IMG/VR virus record: IMGVR_UViG_3300045988_074507 | Strand: one strand, 5' to 3' | Length of the DNA: 43,225 bases | Origin: a virus | Shown: positions 33,026 through 41,056 of the stretch, piece after piece | Layout of the letters: every line of letters starts with the position of its first letter | Numbering within the stretch: position 1 is the first letter of the stretch | Made by a program: the position numbers and the translations under genes | Notes under the pieces: model-generated | Seen by the model: only the letters and a program-made list of their open reading frames with translations | Told to the model about the DNA's origin: nothing | Databases searched by the model: none

Positions 33026-34069
33026 ATGGGAAATTTTGACGATTTAGATTTAGCGGTGGCAAGTTTTGGAGCATCGAACAAGGTAGTTTATGACGACGTG
33101 GAAAAGCCATCTATCATGGTTGCAGTGCCTAAAATGACATATGCAGACCTTATCACAGGCGGAACGCAGGATGTATTGCCGTGGTGGATTGTTGACGGTG
33201 TAGAATTAGATCAAATTTGGGTAAGTAAGTATCAGAATATCGTTATGAATGACCGCGCATATTCACTTCCGGCAAAAGATCCGAAAACATGGATCAACTT
33301 CGACCAGGCACTAGCAGCGTGCAGAAAGAAGGGGAAAGGTTGGCATTTGAACCAAAACGGAGTTTTTGCGTGCTTAAATCTGTTAGCACAGAAAAATAAT
33401 TGCATTCCGCGAGGAAATACAAACTGGGATAAATCATACGAAGCAGGATACGAAAGAGGTGTAAATACATACATTGACGGAGAACACAAGGGCGGAAGAA
33501 TCGCGACAGGAACAGGACCGAAAACGTGGTATACAGATTATGACACTTCGGGAATTGCAGATCTTTGTGGCAATGTTTGGGAATGGGTATCCGGTATGCG
33601 CATCGTTAACGGAGAAATTCAGATCATTCCGACAGGAAGCGCAATTAAATTAGATTGCAACATGGGGGCAAATAGTACCGAGTGGAAAGCGATTAAGCCA
33701 GACGGCAGCGTAGTAGAACCAGGAACAGAAGGAACACTGCACTATAACGTAGTAAGCGGAAAGATCGTAATTGATACAAAAACAGATTCTACGACGAGTA
33801 ACAACATTGCATTTAACGATCTGGCAGCAGCGAGCGGGGTACAGATCCCACAACTTGCAATTGCCGCAGGCGTGATTAAAGATAGTGCCAGCGTTTGGGC
33901 AGCACCTGGGCATAGACAGTATTTGAATACAGAAGGAGAACGGTTGCCGTGTCGTGGTTCGAGTTTCAGCAACACCAGCGGCGGTGGCGTTGCGTCGCTG
34001 CTTCTGGACAACACGCGCACGGATAGCGACAGCATCATAGGCTTCCGGTCCGCTTATGCGAAACTGTAA
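33026..34069 (+). CDS. DGR target protein 1: tail-fibre-module receptor-binding candidate with FGE-sulfatase/C-type-lectin fold and C-terminal variable region
   Basis: 347 aa. GWHLNQNG, GNTNW, GTGPKTWY, DLCGNVWEWVSG and NGEIQI. The C-terminal CRGSSFSNTSGGGVASLLLDNTRTDSDSIIGFRSAYAKL is encoded by VR1. Confidence 0.9.
   Translation: MGNFDDLDLAVASFGASNKVVYDDVEKPSIMVAVPKMTYADLITGGTQDVLPWWIVDGVELDQIWVSKYQNIVMNDRAYSLPAKDPKTWINFDQALAACRKKGKGWHLNQNGVFACLNLLAQKNNCIPRGNTNWDKSYEAGYERGVNTYIDGEHKGGRIATGTGPKTWYTDYDTSGIADLCGNVWEWVSGMRIVNGEIQIIPTGSAIKLDCNMGANSTEWKAIKPDGSVVEPGTEGTLHYNVVSGKIVIDTKTDSTTSNNIAFNDLAAASGVQIPQLAIAAGVIKDSASVWAAPGHRQYLNTEGERLPCRGSSFSNTSGGGVASLLLDNTRTDSDSIIGFRSAYAKL
33939..34055 (+). 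repeat. DGR variable region 1 (VR1)
   Basis: 117 nt align without gaps to TR 34569-34685. There are 9 mismatches, all at TR adenines. Confidence 0.92.
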
Positions 34070-34091
34070 ACTGGACACGGATAAACTGTTA

Positions 34092-34109
34092 GGGCTGCGG
34101 CAGCAGCCC
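34092..34109 (+). promoter_or_regulatory. GC hairpin downstream of VR1 (candidate DGR homing hairpin/cruciform)
   Basis: gggctgc-ggca-gcagccc, a perfect 7-bp stem with a 4-nt loop, 37 nt after the VR1 end. Confidence 0.6.
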
Positions 34110-34141
34110 AATAGAAATAGAAGAAATAAGAGGGAGACAAC

Positions 34142-34543
34142 GTGCAAGAACTGAATGGTATAAAAGATAATGCGAAAATGAACGATTTTAAAATGAAAAA
34201 TAAAATTTATGAAATGATCATATATGCAAGTCCGTGTTTAGATCAGTTTCCGAGATCTGAAAAGTACGCATTAGCACAAGACATAAGAAAAACGATGTAT
34301 AAAATCTTGCGCCTGGTTGTAATGCTAGAGAACAAACATTACAAGAAAACAACGTTAGGAGATCTTGATACGGAGGTAGACGTATTAAGGCATCTAATAA
34401 GATTGGCGGCAGATAACAGACTACATCCGAAACAAGCACCGTGTCTGCCAATGAAGAAATACGAAAATCTATCAAAACACCTAGCAGAGATAGGAAAAAT
34501 GATAGGCGGTTATGAGAAATATATAAATACAAAGAGTAAATAA
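34142..34543 (+). CDS. avd: DGR accessory variability determinant (Avd)
   Basis: 133 aa, basic and helical, located between the target gene and the TR. The pattern F.MKNKIYEMIIYASPCLDQFPRSEKYALAQDIRKT...L fits Avd four-helix-bundle proteins. GTG start follows a GAGGGAG RBS. Confidence 0.8.
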   Translation: MQELNGIKDNAKMNDFKMKNKIYEMIIYASPCLDQFPRSEKYALAQDIRKTMYKILRLVVMLENKHYKKTTLGDLDTEVDVLRHLIRLAADNRLHPKQAPCLPMKKYENLSKHLAEIGKMIGGYEKYINTKSK

Positions 34544-34568
34544 AAATGTATTGGGAGATAGTCATTTC

Positions 34569-34685
34569 AACGGTTGCCGTATCGTGGTTCGAGTTTCAAC
34601 AACACCAGCGGCGGTGGCGTTGCGTCGCTGAATCTGAACAACACGCGCACGAATAGCAACAACAACATAGGCTTCCGGTCCGCTT
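34569..34685 (+). repeat. DGR template repeat (TR)
   Basis: Non-coding copy of the VRs. In the VR reading frame it carries AAC/AAT codons (aac aac, aat, aac aac, aat, aac aac aac). By my count it has about 29 adenines in 117 nt. Confidence 0.92.
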
Positions 34686-34706
34686 CGCCCTAATGATTGT
34701 CAGAAG

Positions 34707-34728
34707 ATTGATTTTTACGGAAATCAAT
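34707..34728 (+). promoter_or_regulatory. Hairpin in the TR-RT spacer (candidate DGR RNA spacer structure)
   Basis: attgattt-ttacgg-aaatcaat, a perfect 8-bp stem, 22 nt after the TR end. Confidence 0.45.
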
Positions 34729-34912
34729 ACAGTACACTTAGGTTTAAGGGGCTATCTTCCATTCTTAGTATTTGACAAAATACAAAAGAAAAAGATTAAA
34801 TTGCCGTGAAAACAGTTAGTAAACAAGAGTTGAAAGCCTTGTCGGATAGATATGTTACGTTCCTGGGGGAAATGGATTTGCACGGCGAAATAAATACACA
34901 AAAGGGGAATAG

Positions 34913-36001
34913 ATGAAAAGAATTAAGAACATCTTTTCAGAAATCTATGACTTTGAAAATCTGTATTATGCGTACAAGGACGCAATAAAAGGAAAGAGAT
35001 ACAGAGAAGATATAATGCTTTATACAGACAAATTAGAAGAAAATCTGATTGAGTTACAAAACGAGTTGATTTGGAAAACTTACGAAGTCGGAGCATACAG
35101 AAGATTTTATGTGTATGAGCCAAAGAAACGTTTAATAATGTCTTTGCAGTTCAAAGATCGAGTAACACAACACGCAATTTACAGACAAATCAATCCAATA
35201 CTGGATAAGCAGCTGATCGACGACACGTACGCGTGCCGGAAAGAAAAAGGATCGCACAAAGCGGTACATAAGCTGCAGAACTGGATGCGGAAAGACGAAA
35301 GAAAAGGAAGATACTACTATCTAAAGCTTGATATTGCTAAATACTTTTACAGGATCGATCATAAAGTTCTGATGAATATTCTTGAAAGAAAAATCGCAGA
35401 CAAAGACTTATTAGAGGTATTCGATAAGATTATAAATTGCGAAGATACAAGATTCGGTTTGCCGATCGGCGCGGATATTGCGGACGTAAACAGCGAAGAA
35501 ATGCTTCTAGGCGTAGGGCTGCCGATTGGGAACTTGACATCACAAATGTTTGCAAATTTATATCTAAACGAATTAGATCAATTTGCAAAGCACAAATTGA
35601 AACTAAAACAGTATATACGATACATGGACGATATTATAATACTGCACGAGGACAAGAAAGAACTCGGAAGGATCAAAACAGAGATTGAAAGATTCTTGAA
35701 TGAAGAACTACATCTGCAGTTAAATAATAAAACGTGTATAAGACCAACCACAATGGGGATAGAATTCGTAGGATTTAGGATATGGAGTACGCACATAAAA
35801 CTGCGGAAACAAACCGTTAAGCGAATGAAAAGGAGGTTAAAATATGTGTTTACACATTACGAAAACGGAGAAATCGACAAAGAAACATTAGATCGAAGCA
35901 TAGCTTCATATCGTGGGATTTTAAAGCATTTTGAAAGTTATGGATTAAGAAACAGTTTAAATGAATTATATAAGCAGGAGGTAACAGAAAAATGGATGTA
36001 G
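34913..36001 (+). CDS. DGR reverse transcriptase
   Basis: 362 aa. YMDD catalytic box (IRYMDDIIIL) and the DGR-type motif LPIGNLTSQMFANLYLN ([ILV]GxxxSQ). No maturase or endonuclease extension. It lies directly downstream of avd and the TR. Confidence 0.92.
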   Translation: MKRIKNIFSEIYDFENLYYAYKDAIKGKRYREDIMLYTDKLEENLIELQNELIWKTYEVGAYRRFYVYEPKKRLIMSLQFKDRVTQHAIYRQINPILDKQLIDDTYACRKEKGSHKAVHKLQNWMRKDERKGRYYYLKLDIAKYFYRIDHKVLMNILERKIADKDLLEVFDKIINCEDTRFGLPIGADIADVNSEEMLLGVGLPIGNLTSQMFANLYLNELDQFAKHKLKLKQYIRYMDDIIILHEDKKELGRIKTEIERFLNEELHLQLNNKTCIRPTTMGIEFVGFRIWSTHIKLRKQTVKRMKRRLKYVFTHYENGEIDKETLDRSIASYRGILKHFESYGLRNSLNELYKQEVTEKWM

Positions 36002-36408
36002 CAGAAACAATCCGGGCGACACTTGCAGCATTAGCCGGGATTGGGATAGTGATAGATTTTGCGCCAGGAATCAAATTGGAGCCAGTACGCTACATAATTA
36101 GAAAACTGGGAGATTTATTAAATGAAGACGTAAAAAAGCAATTAGACAAGATTGAGGACGATTTTAGAATTCACAAGATAGAATCCTGGCGTTACGAGAT
36201 CTTAGCATTTGCGAACAGCTGCATGAGACACGAGAAGCACACGAAGGAAGAATTTGATCACATAATAAAGATACATGACGATTATACAATTTGTGTGGAA
36301 CGTTACAAGATGAAGAACGGGCAAGTAGATCTTGCAGCGGAATATATCGAAGAAATATATAAAAGATGCCTGGAAGAAAATAGTTTTTTGACGGGCAAGA
36401 CAAAATAG
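35992..36408 (+). CDS. Hypothetical protein (138 aa)
   Basis: ORF overlapping the RT stop. Hydrophobic N-terminus (LAALAGIGIVIDFAPG). Located between the RT and the holin. Confidence 0.55.
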   Translation: MDVAETIRATLAALAGIGIVIDFAPGIKLEPVRYIIRKLGDLLNEDVKKQLDKIEDDFRIHKIESWRYEILAFANSCMRHEKHTKEEFDHIIKIHDDYTICVERYKMKNGQVDLAAEYIEEIYKRCLEENSFLTGKTK

Positions 36409-36418
36409 GAGGGACAAA

Positions 36419-36889
36419 ATGAAAGAGTTATTTTTAGAAAACAAATTAGCGTTTATCGTAGTTGTTGCGATTCTGATCGCAGCATTTGCAGTAAAAAAAG
36501 CGGTAGAATACATTACAAAAAAAGGACTGGAAGGAATCCGCCTGGATGTGTACAAGTTATTTGTACAGGCAGAAGAAGCATATAAAGAATCTGGACAGGG
36601 GCAAAAGAAATTTAAATACGTTGTAAGCCTGGCAAGATCAATGCTGCCTAAAGCGGTACAGGTATTTGTTACACAAGAAATGTTAGAAACAGCCGTACAG
36701 CTATGGTTCGACGGCGTAAAGGATTTATTAGACGATGGAAAGCTAAATAATTCGACAGAAGAAGTGCAGGAGTTAAATATAGAAGATAAGATCATGCACA
36801 AAACAGAATTAGACGACGGTACATATAAAAACTATGCAAAAAATCCATTGCCGGAAACAGATCGCGAAGATACAGCGGACCAGGAATAA
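36419..36889 (+). CDS. Holin, LL-H family-like
   Basis: 156 aa. An N-terminal TM helix (LAFIVVVAILIAAFAV) is followed by a helical domain (VQAEEAYKESGQGQKKFKYV...). Immediately upstream of the endolysin. Confidence 0.6.
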   Translation: MKELFLENKLAFIVVVAILIAAFAVKKAVEYITKKGLEGIRLDVYKLFVQAEEAYKESGQGQKKFKYVVSLARSMLPKAVQVFVTQEMLETAVQLWFDGVKDLLDDGKLNNSTEEVQELNIEDKIMHKTELDDGTYKNYAKNPLPETDREDTADQE

Positions 36890-36907
36890 AGACAGGAGGG
36901 AAATAAA

Positions 36908-37702
36908 ATGAAGATTGCTTTAACAGTAGGACACAGTATTTTGAAAAATGGAAGCTATACATCGGCTTCCGGTGCTGATTGTGGCGGAGTAAATGAATAC
37001 GAGTATAACAAAAAACTTATGAAAAAAGTAAAAAAATACTTATCTGCAGAAGGGCATGACGTAACATTATACATCTGTCCGGAAAAGGTATTCACATCCG
37101 CCAGCCAGGAGAAATCGTGGAAACTTAGTAGACTGAATGCAAAGAACTATGATCTGGTAATCGAAGGGCATCTAAATTACTATAATCAGAGCGCACATGG
37201 TACAGAAGTATTATATGTGTCAGAAGCCGGAAAAAAATACGCGGCAAGAGTGCAAAACAGAATTGTATCAGCAGGATTTTTTGACCGTGAGATTAAAAAG
37301 CGCACGAACTTGTATATGCTGAACGGCACAAAAGCAACGACAATCATGACGGAATCGTTTTTCTGCGATTCAAAATCTGATTACAAGATCGGCAAGGATG
37401 TAAACAAGATCGCAAGACTGATCGCAGAGGGCGTATGCGATAAAAAACTAAACGCAACAGCGAAAGCAGCGGCAGCAGTAAAAGAAACTGTGAAGAAGGT
37501 AACAAAGAAAGCGACTTATGCAAAAGTTGTGACAAAAACAGATTCTTTAAGAATCCGAAAAACAGCGTCAAAAGATGCGAAAATTATCGGGAATATTCCG
37601 AAAGGAACAAAAGTGGAAGTGATCGCAAAGGGCAGGACATGGACAAAAGTAAAATATAAGAGCATTACCGGATATTCTGCGACAAGCTATTTAAAATTTT
37701 AA
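36908..37702 (+). CDS. Endolysin: N-acetylmuramoyl-L-alanine amidase with C-terminal SH3-like wall-binding domain
   Basis: 264 aa. The MurNAc-LAA-like core is MKIALTVGHS...NEYEYN...GHLNYYN...HGTEVLY...TESFFCDS. The C-terminal YAKVVTKTDSLRIRKTASKDAKIIGNIPKGTKVEV...WTKVKY is SH3_3-like. Confidence 0.8.
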   Translation: MKIALTVGHSILKNGSYTSASGADCGGVNEYEYNKKLMKKVKKYLSAEGHDVTLYICPEKVFTSASQEKSWKLSRLNAKNYDLVIEGHLNYYNQSAHGTEVLYVSEAGKKYAARVQNRIVSAGFFDREIKKRTNLYMLNGTKATTIMTESFFCDSKSDYKIGKDVNKIARLIAEGVCDKKLNATAKAAAAVKETVKKVTKKATYAKVVTKTDSLRIRKTASKDAKIIGNIPKGTKVEVIAKGRTWTKVKYKSITGYSATSYLKF

Positions 37703-37731
37703 TTGACGTCATAGAATAGAAATGATATTAT
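37703..37731 (+). promoter_or_regulatory. Sigma-A-type promoter candidate (TTGACG-17-TATTAT)
   Basis: -35 at 37703-37708 and -10 at 37726-37731 with 17-nt spacing, just after the endolysin stop and about 50 nt before a strong terminator. Confidence 0.4.
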
Positions 37732-37781
37732 AGTTTTACAAACAATCCATCATATAGTCGCAAGATAACGCATACAAAAAA

Positions 37782-37809
37782 GGATCAGAAATTTTTCTGG
37801 TCCTTTTTT
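37782..37809 (+). terminator. Rho-independent terminator at the end of the late operon
   Basis: ggatcag-aaattttt-ctggtcc (one G-U pair) followed by tttttt. An A-run upstream makes it potentially bidirectional. Confidence 0.7.
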
Positions 37810-38050
37810 GTATTGCTATTAAACGCGAATATAATAATTTAATGTTTCGATATCTTTTGGATCATCGGCACCATCTAACATATATGAAAGAGATTCTTTG
37901 ACGACTATATGAAAGACTGGGATTGTGGCGAAGAACAAAAGAAAGAATATAAAAAGATGTTAGAAACAAACGAACCAATTACAAATTGGGGAGTGGTTGA
38001 GTATAAAGGGAAGACATATTTAATTAATTATTTTTATTAAACAAGAAATA

Positions 38051-38086
38051 AAACCAGGGCAGCAGTCACAAATACCGCCCTGGTTT
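38051..38086. terminator. Hairpin terminator downstream of the integrase gene
   Basis: aaaccagggc (38051-38060) pairs with gccctggttt (38077-38086) around a 16-nt loop. It lies between convergent + strand sequence and the int 3' end. Confidence 0.5.
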
Positions 38087-38150
38087 TATCAAAAATATTT
38101 TTGTTTACTAACACACTATAACCGACAGGATATAGTGAGTTAGTAAACAG

Positions 38151-39533
38151 CTAAGCGAACGAAACGCTAACAATATTAAGATCGCGATCGATCACGACTT
38201 CTTTTAAAACAGACTGCCAAAACATACGCTTTTCTTTACGATCAAGACTTTTGTACATTTCTGTAAAATTATTGTCCAGAAGTTCATGCACACGTTTAAA
38301 GTTTGGTGCCGGTTCTTCCTTTTCAATCTGATCGTTTAACCGATCGAGGGCGTTCGAATACATTTCAAAATCCTTTTTGTATTCATCAAGTTCAATCAGT
38401 TCATTCAAATACAAGTCCTTTAATTTAGATAATTTTCTCTTTAAAGTAGCCCGCTGGATAATTACCGGGTTGTTTTGCTTCTTTTTTGCTTTCATAGTCC
38501 ATTCAAGTTCACACTTGTTGAGTTCTCTTTCCAGGTTTTCGAGCAGGTATTTTTCAATCTTATCTTCTCGAATAAAGCGATTATGAGTGCAACGTTTTCT
38601 CAATGCAAAATCATTACAACGGTAATAATAAATGCCCTTGTTAAGCTGTCCGCAAAGATTATGACCACATTCGTAGCATTTTAAGACTGACGTAAAAATA
38701 TAGATTCTTCCTGCCGGAGTTCGTTTCACATTTTTACCCAAAATCCTTTGAATGTTATCAAATTGTTGTTTTGATATGGCAGCAGGGCAGAAGTTCTCGT
38801 TATATCTTCCGTTCTTATCATAGACACCGATCAGAAGCTTATCTCGGATCATACGGGCAAAAGAAGCATAGCACCAGTTGATACCGTATTTTTCGCGTAT
38901 ATATGTAACGGTGCCACGTTGCGTCATTTCTTTTTCGAAGTAGTCCAGAGCGTCGCGAATGATCTCGACCTTTTCGGGATCGAGCACATAACGTTTATCC
39001 TGGACTTTAAGCCAAAACGGAGCGTTACCAGACAAAACAGTACCATGTTGAACTTTAGAATCGAACACAACGCCGATACGCTCTGAACAAATATCGGATT
39101 CATTCTGCGATATAGAAAGCTTTACGTTAATGTATAAACGACCGTTTGCGGTTGTTGTGTCATAATCTTCGTCGGATGTTACCCAACCGCAGTTATGAGC
39201 GTTTAAAATATCCATGATCTTATAATAGTCAGCAACAGATCGAAACCAACGATCAAGGCGGCAGAAAACAAGCACATCGTATGCATCTTGTTTTACACCG
39301 TCGATCATGTTTTGAAATTCAACACGCTTCTTTATATTCTTCCTGGCAGTCTTAGCGGCATCAATAAAAACGCCGCAGATCAGCCAACCACGTTCCTTGC
39401 AAAAATCCCGCAGTCGTTCTTCCTGGGCTTCCAAAGATAGCCCCTTGATTTTTTGTTCTTCGCCGGACACACGTATATATAACGCTGCACGGACAAGAGT
39501 TGTTTCAGATTTAGCTTTTTTCATTTGAACCAC
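38151..39533 (-). CDS. int: Large serine recombinase (phage integrase)
   Basis: 460 aa. The resolvase-type catalytic N-terminus is AALYIRVSGEEQ...LSLEAQ...VLVFCRLDRWFRS. It also has a recombinase domain, a zinc-ribbon CYECGHNL...YYRC and a C-terminal coiled coil. Confidence 0.9.
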   Translation of the reverse strand: MVQMKKAKSETTLVRAALYIRVSGEEQKIKGLSLEAQEERLRDFCKERGWLICGVFIDAAKTARKNIKKRVEFQNMIDGVKQDAYDVLVFCRLDRWFRSVADYYKIMDILNAHNCGWVTSDEDYDTTTANGRLYINVKLSISQNESDICSERIGVVFDSKVQHGTVLSGNAPFWLKVQDKRYVLDPEKVEIIRDALDYFEKEMTQRGTVTYIREKYGINWCYASFARMIRDKLLIGVYDKNGRYNENFCPAAISKQQFDNIQRILGKNVKRTPAGRIYIFTSVLKCYECGHNLCGQLNKGIYYYRCNDFALRKRCTHNRFIREDKIEKYLLENLERELNKCELEWTMKAKKKQNNPVIIQRATLKRKLSKLKDLYLNELIELDEYKKDFEMYSNALDRLNDQIEKEEPAPNFKRVHELLDNNFTEMYKSLDRKEKRMFWQSVLKEVVIDRDLNIVSVSFA

Positions 39534-39589
39534 CTAATTTCCTTTTATTTCCCACTGTTTTATGCTAAAATAAAAAATGCAGTGGGGTT

Positions 39590-39637
39590 TGTATCTGATT
39601 TCACTTGCGCTAGTTTGCCCCGACCGTGTTGCAGCAC
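39590..39637 (+). repeat. 48-nt direct repeat, copy 1 (int-proximal)
   Basis: tgtatctgatttcacttgcgctagtttgccccgaccgtgttgcagcac is 45/48 identical to 39759-39806. Confidence 0.85.
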
Positions 39638-39651
39638 GGCGGGGACTTTTT
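39618..39651 (+). terminator. Hairpin plus T-run overlapping repeat copy 1 (+ strand terminator-like, antisense to the int leader)
   Basis: ccccgaccgtg-ttgcag-cacggcgggg (10 bp with one bulged A) followed by acttttt. Confidence 0.4.
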
Positions 39652-39674
39652 ATATAAATATTTATGCTTTTTTT

Positions 39675-39698
39675 GAACACGGTCTGCAGATCGTGTTC
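39675..39698. promoter_or_regulatory. 24-bp near-perfect palindrome between the direct repeats (attP core or terminator candidate)
   Basis: gaacacgGtctgcagaTcgtgttc has a single G/T mismatch pair and a tctgcaga centre, followed by ttttt. Confidence 0.4.
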
Positions 39699-39758
39699 TT
39701 TTTATGTCCTAAAACGATCATAAACTTAAAAAAATGTACAAAAATAACAGCGAAATAA

Positions 39759-39806
39759 TGTATCTGATTTCACTTGCGCCAGTTTGCCCCGTTCGTGTTG
39801 CAGCAC
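39759..39806 (+). repeat. 48-nt direct repeat, copy 2
   Basis: tgtatctgatttcacttgcgccagtttgccccgttcgtgttgcagcac lies 169 nt from copy 1. Confidence 0.85.
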
Positions 39807-39856
39807 ATAAGGGGGAGATTTATTGCTTGTAGTCTTATCTGTGCGTATAAATTGTG

Positions 39857-40666
39857 TTATTTTACAGTAACTTTGAAGTCACTGTATTCAGTTGTAAAAT
39901 TACCGTCAACAACGTTAGATAAAACGATCTGACACTTACCAGGCTTCATTGCTGGAAATACCAGGATTCCGCTAGAAGTAACCCCGCCGGAAATGTCGTA
40001 ATCAAGTTGTTCGTAGTTTCCTTCAGTAGAAGACATGCTGGACTGATCTTGCGTGATCTGTTTACCGTCTTTGATGATCTTAATACCAGAAGTATCAAGT
40101 GTTGCGTTAACGTTTAATTTATTCTTAAAAGAAACATATACACGAGTTTCTTTCTTGGCGTATTCGATTTTATGTACTGTAAAAGTAAGTTTGCCTTGTT
40201 TTGCGGAAGATTCAACCTTAACAGTTTTAAGGGATGGAGCCACAACGTCAATATAACTGGATTTTTTAACAGTAGCATTAGAAATTGTAGGTCCTTTTAC
40301 TTCGCCACCGAGTGCGTTCTTACCGGAGTATTCGCCCTCGATCTTCCCGTCAACGGTTACATAATCGCCATCGGATAGATCAGTAGATTTTGTTACAGCG
40401 ATAAAAGTATGATTCATATTTTCTGGATCTTGATAGATCTGTAAATATGTTCCGTCGTCTTCTTCTTCCGGAGCAACGAAGATCTTACCAGAAAGCTTCA
40501 CATATTTTCCTTTGTAATCATCTGGAGACGAAAACATAGCAGAGATTTTGGAATCTTTGATATATTCTTTTTCTTTCTTCTTGGATGAATCTTTTCCACT
40601 ACCACCACAGGCAGCAACAGAAACAGTTAATAAGGTGCATAAAATAACAGATAAAAATTTTTTCAT
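39857..40666 (-). CDS. Prophage-encoded lipoprotein (superinfection-exclusion candidate)
   Basis: 269 aa. The signal peptide plus lipobox is MKKFLSVILCTLLTVSVAAC-GGSG. Beta-rich body (DUF4352-like impression). Located in the lysogeny block between int and the repressor. Confidence 0.75.
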   Translation of the reverse strand: MKKFLSVILCTLLTVSVAACGGSGKDSSKKKEKEYIKDSKISAMFSSPDDYKGKYVKLSGKIFVAPEEEDDGTYLQIYQDPENMNHTFIAVTKSTDLSDGDYVTVDGKIEGEYSGKNALGGEVKGPTISNATVKKSSYIDVVAPSLKTVKVESSAKQGKLTFTVHKIEYAKKETRVYVSFKNKLNVNATLDTSGIKIIKDGKQITQDQSSMSSTEGNYEQLDYDISGGVTSSGILVFPAMKPGKCQIVLSNVVDGNFTTEYSDFKVTVK

Positions 40667-40858
40667 GATTTACTCTCCTCGTATGGTTATTTATGCACAG
40701 ATAAGAGCTATTTCATCACATCAAACAGCAATGAAAAAATTCCAGAAAATACCTTAAAAATGTAGGATTTTCCATGGAATATATTACCGCTAGATAAAGC
40801 ATGTATACATATATTAAAATGTCACAGCGCCCAACCTTTAAACAAAGGAGATGGGGAT

Positions 40859-40981
40859 ATGAGTAAGAAATATATACATTACATAGAAAAACGAGTATAT
40901 GCGATTTATTACCGCGAAAACAACACGATTTACTATAATTTAGACTTCACCGAAGGGGCACAATTAATATTACTGTATTGA
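40859..40981 (+). CDS. Small hypothetical protein (40 aa)
   Basis: Product MSKKYIHYIEKRVYAIYYRENNTIYYNLDFTEGAQLILLY with AAAGGAGATGG RBS. Confidence 0.35.
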   Translation: MSKKYIHYIEKRVYAIYYRENNTIYYNLDFTEGAQLILLY

Positions 40982-41056
40982 TGTAAATATCAAATAACAG
41001 TCTAACGAAGAGGGTTGGGTGCAACTTTGACACTCAACCCGTCGCCAGAATGAAAA

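Noticed and set aside
34913-36001. Reverse transcriptase considered as a retron or group II intron RT.
   Set aside because: An adenine-specific TR/VR pair, an Avd gene and the [ILV]GxxxSQ motif identify it as a DGR RT. There is no maturase/X or endonuclease domain, no intron RNA domains, and no msr/msd-like inverted repeats flanking it.
37817-38040. Overlapping small ORFs on both strands between the late terminator and the integrase 3' end: + strand MKDWDCGEEQKKEYKKMLETNEPITNWGVVEYKGKTYLINYFY at 37909-38040, and a minus-strand frame ending ...SYMLDGADDPKDIETLNYYIRV.
   Set aside because: Neither has a convincing RBS, and they exclude each other. I cannot decide which, if either, is real.
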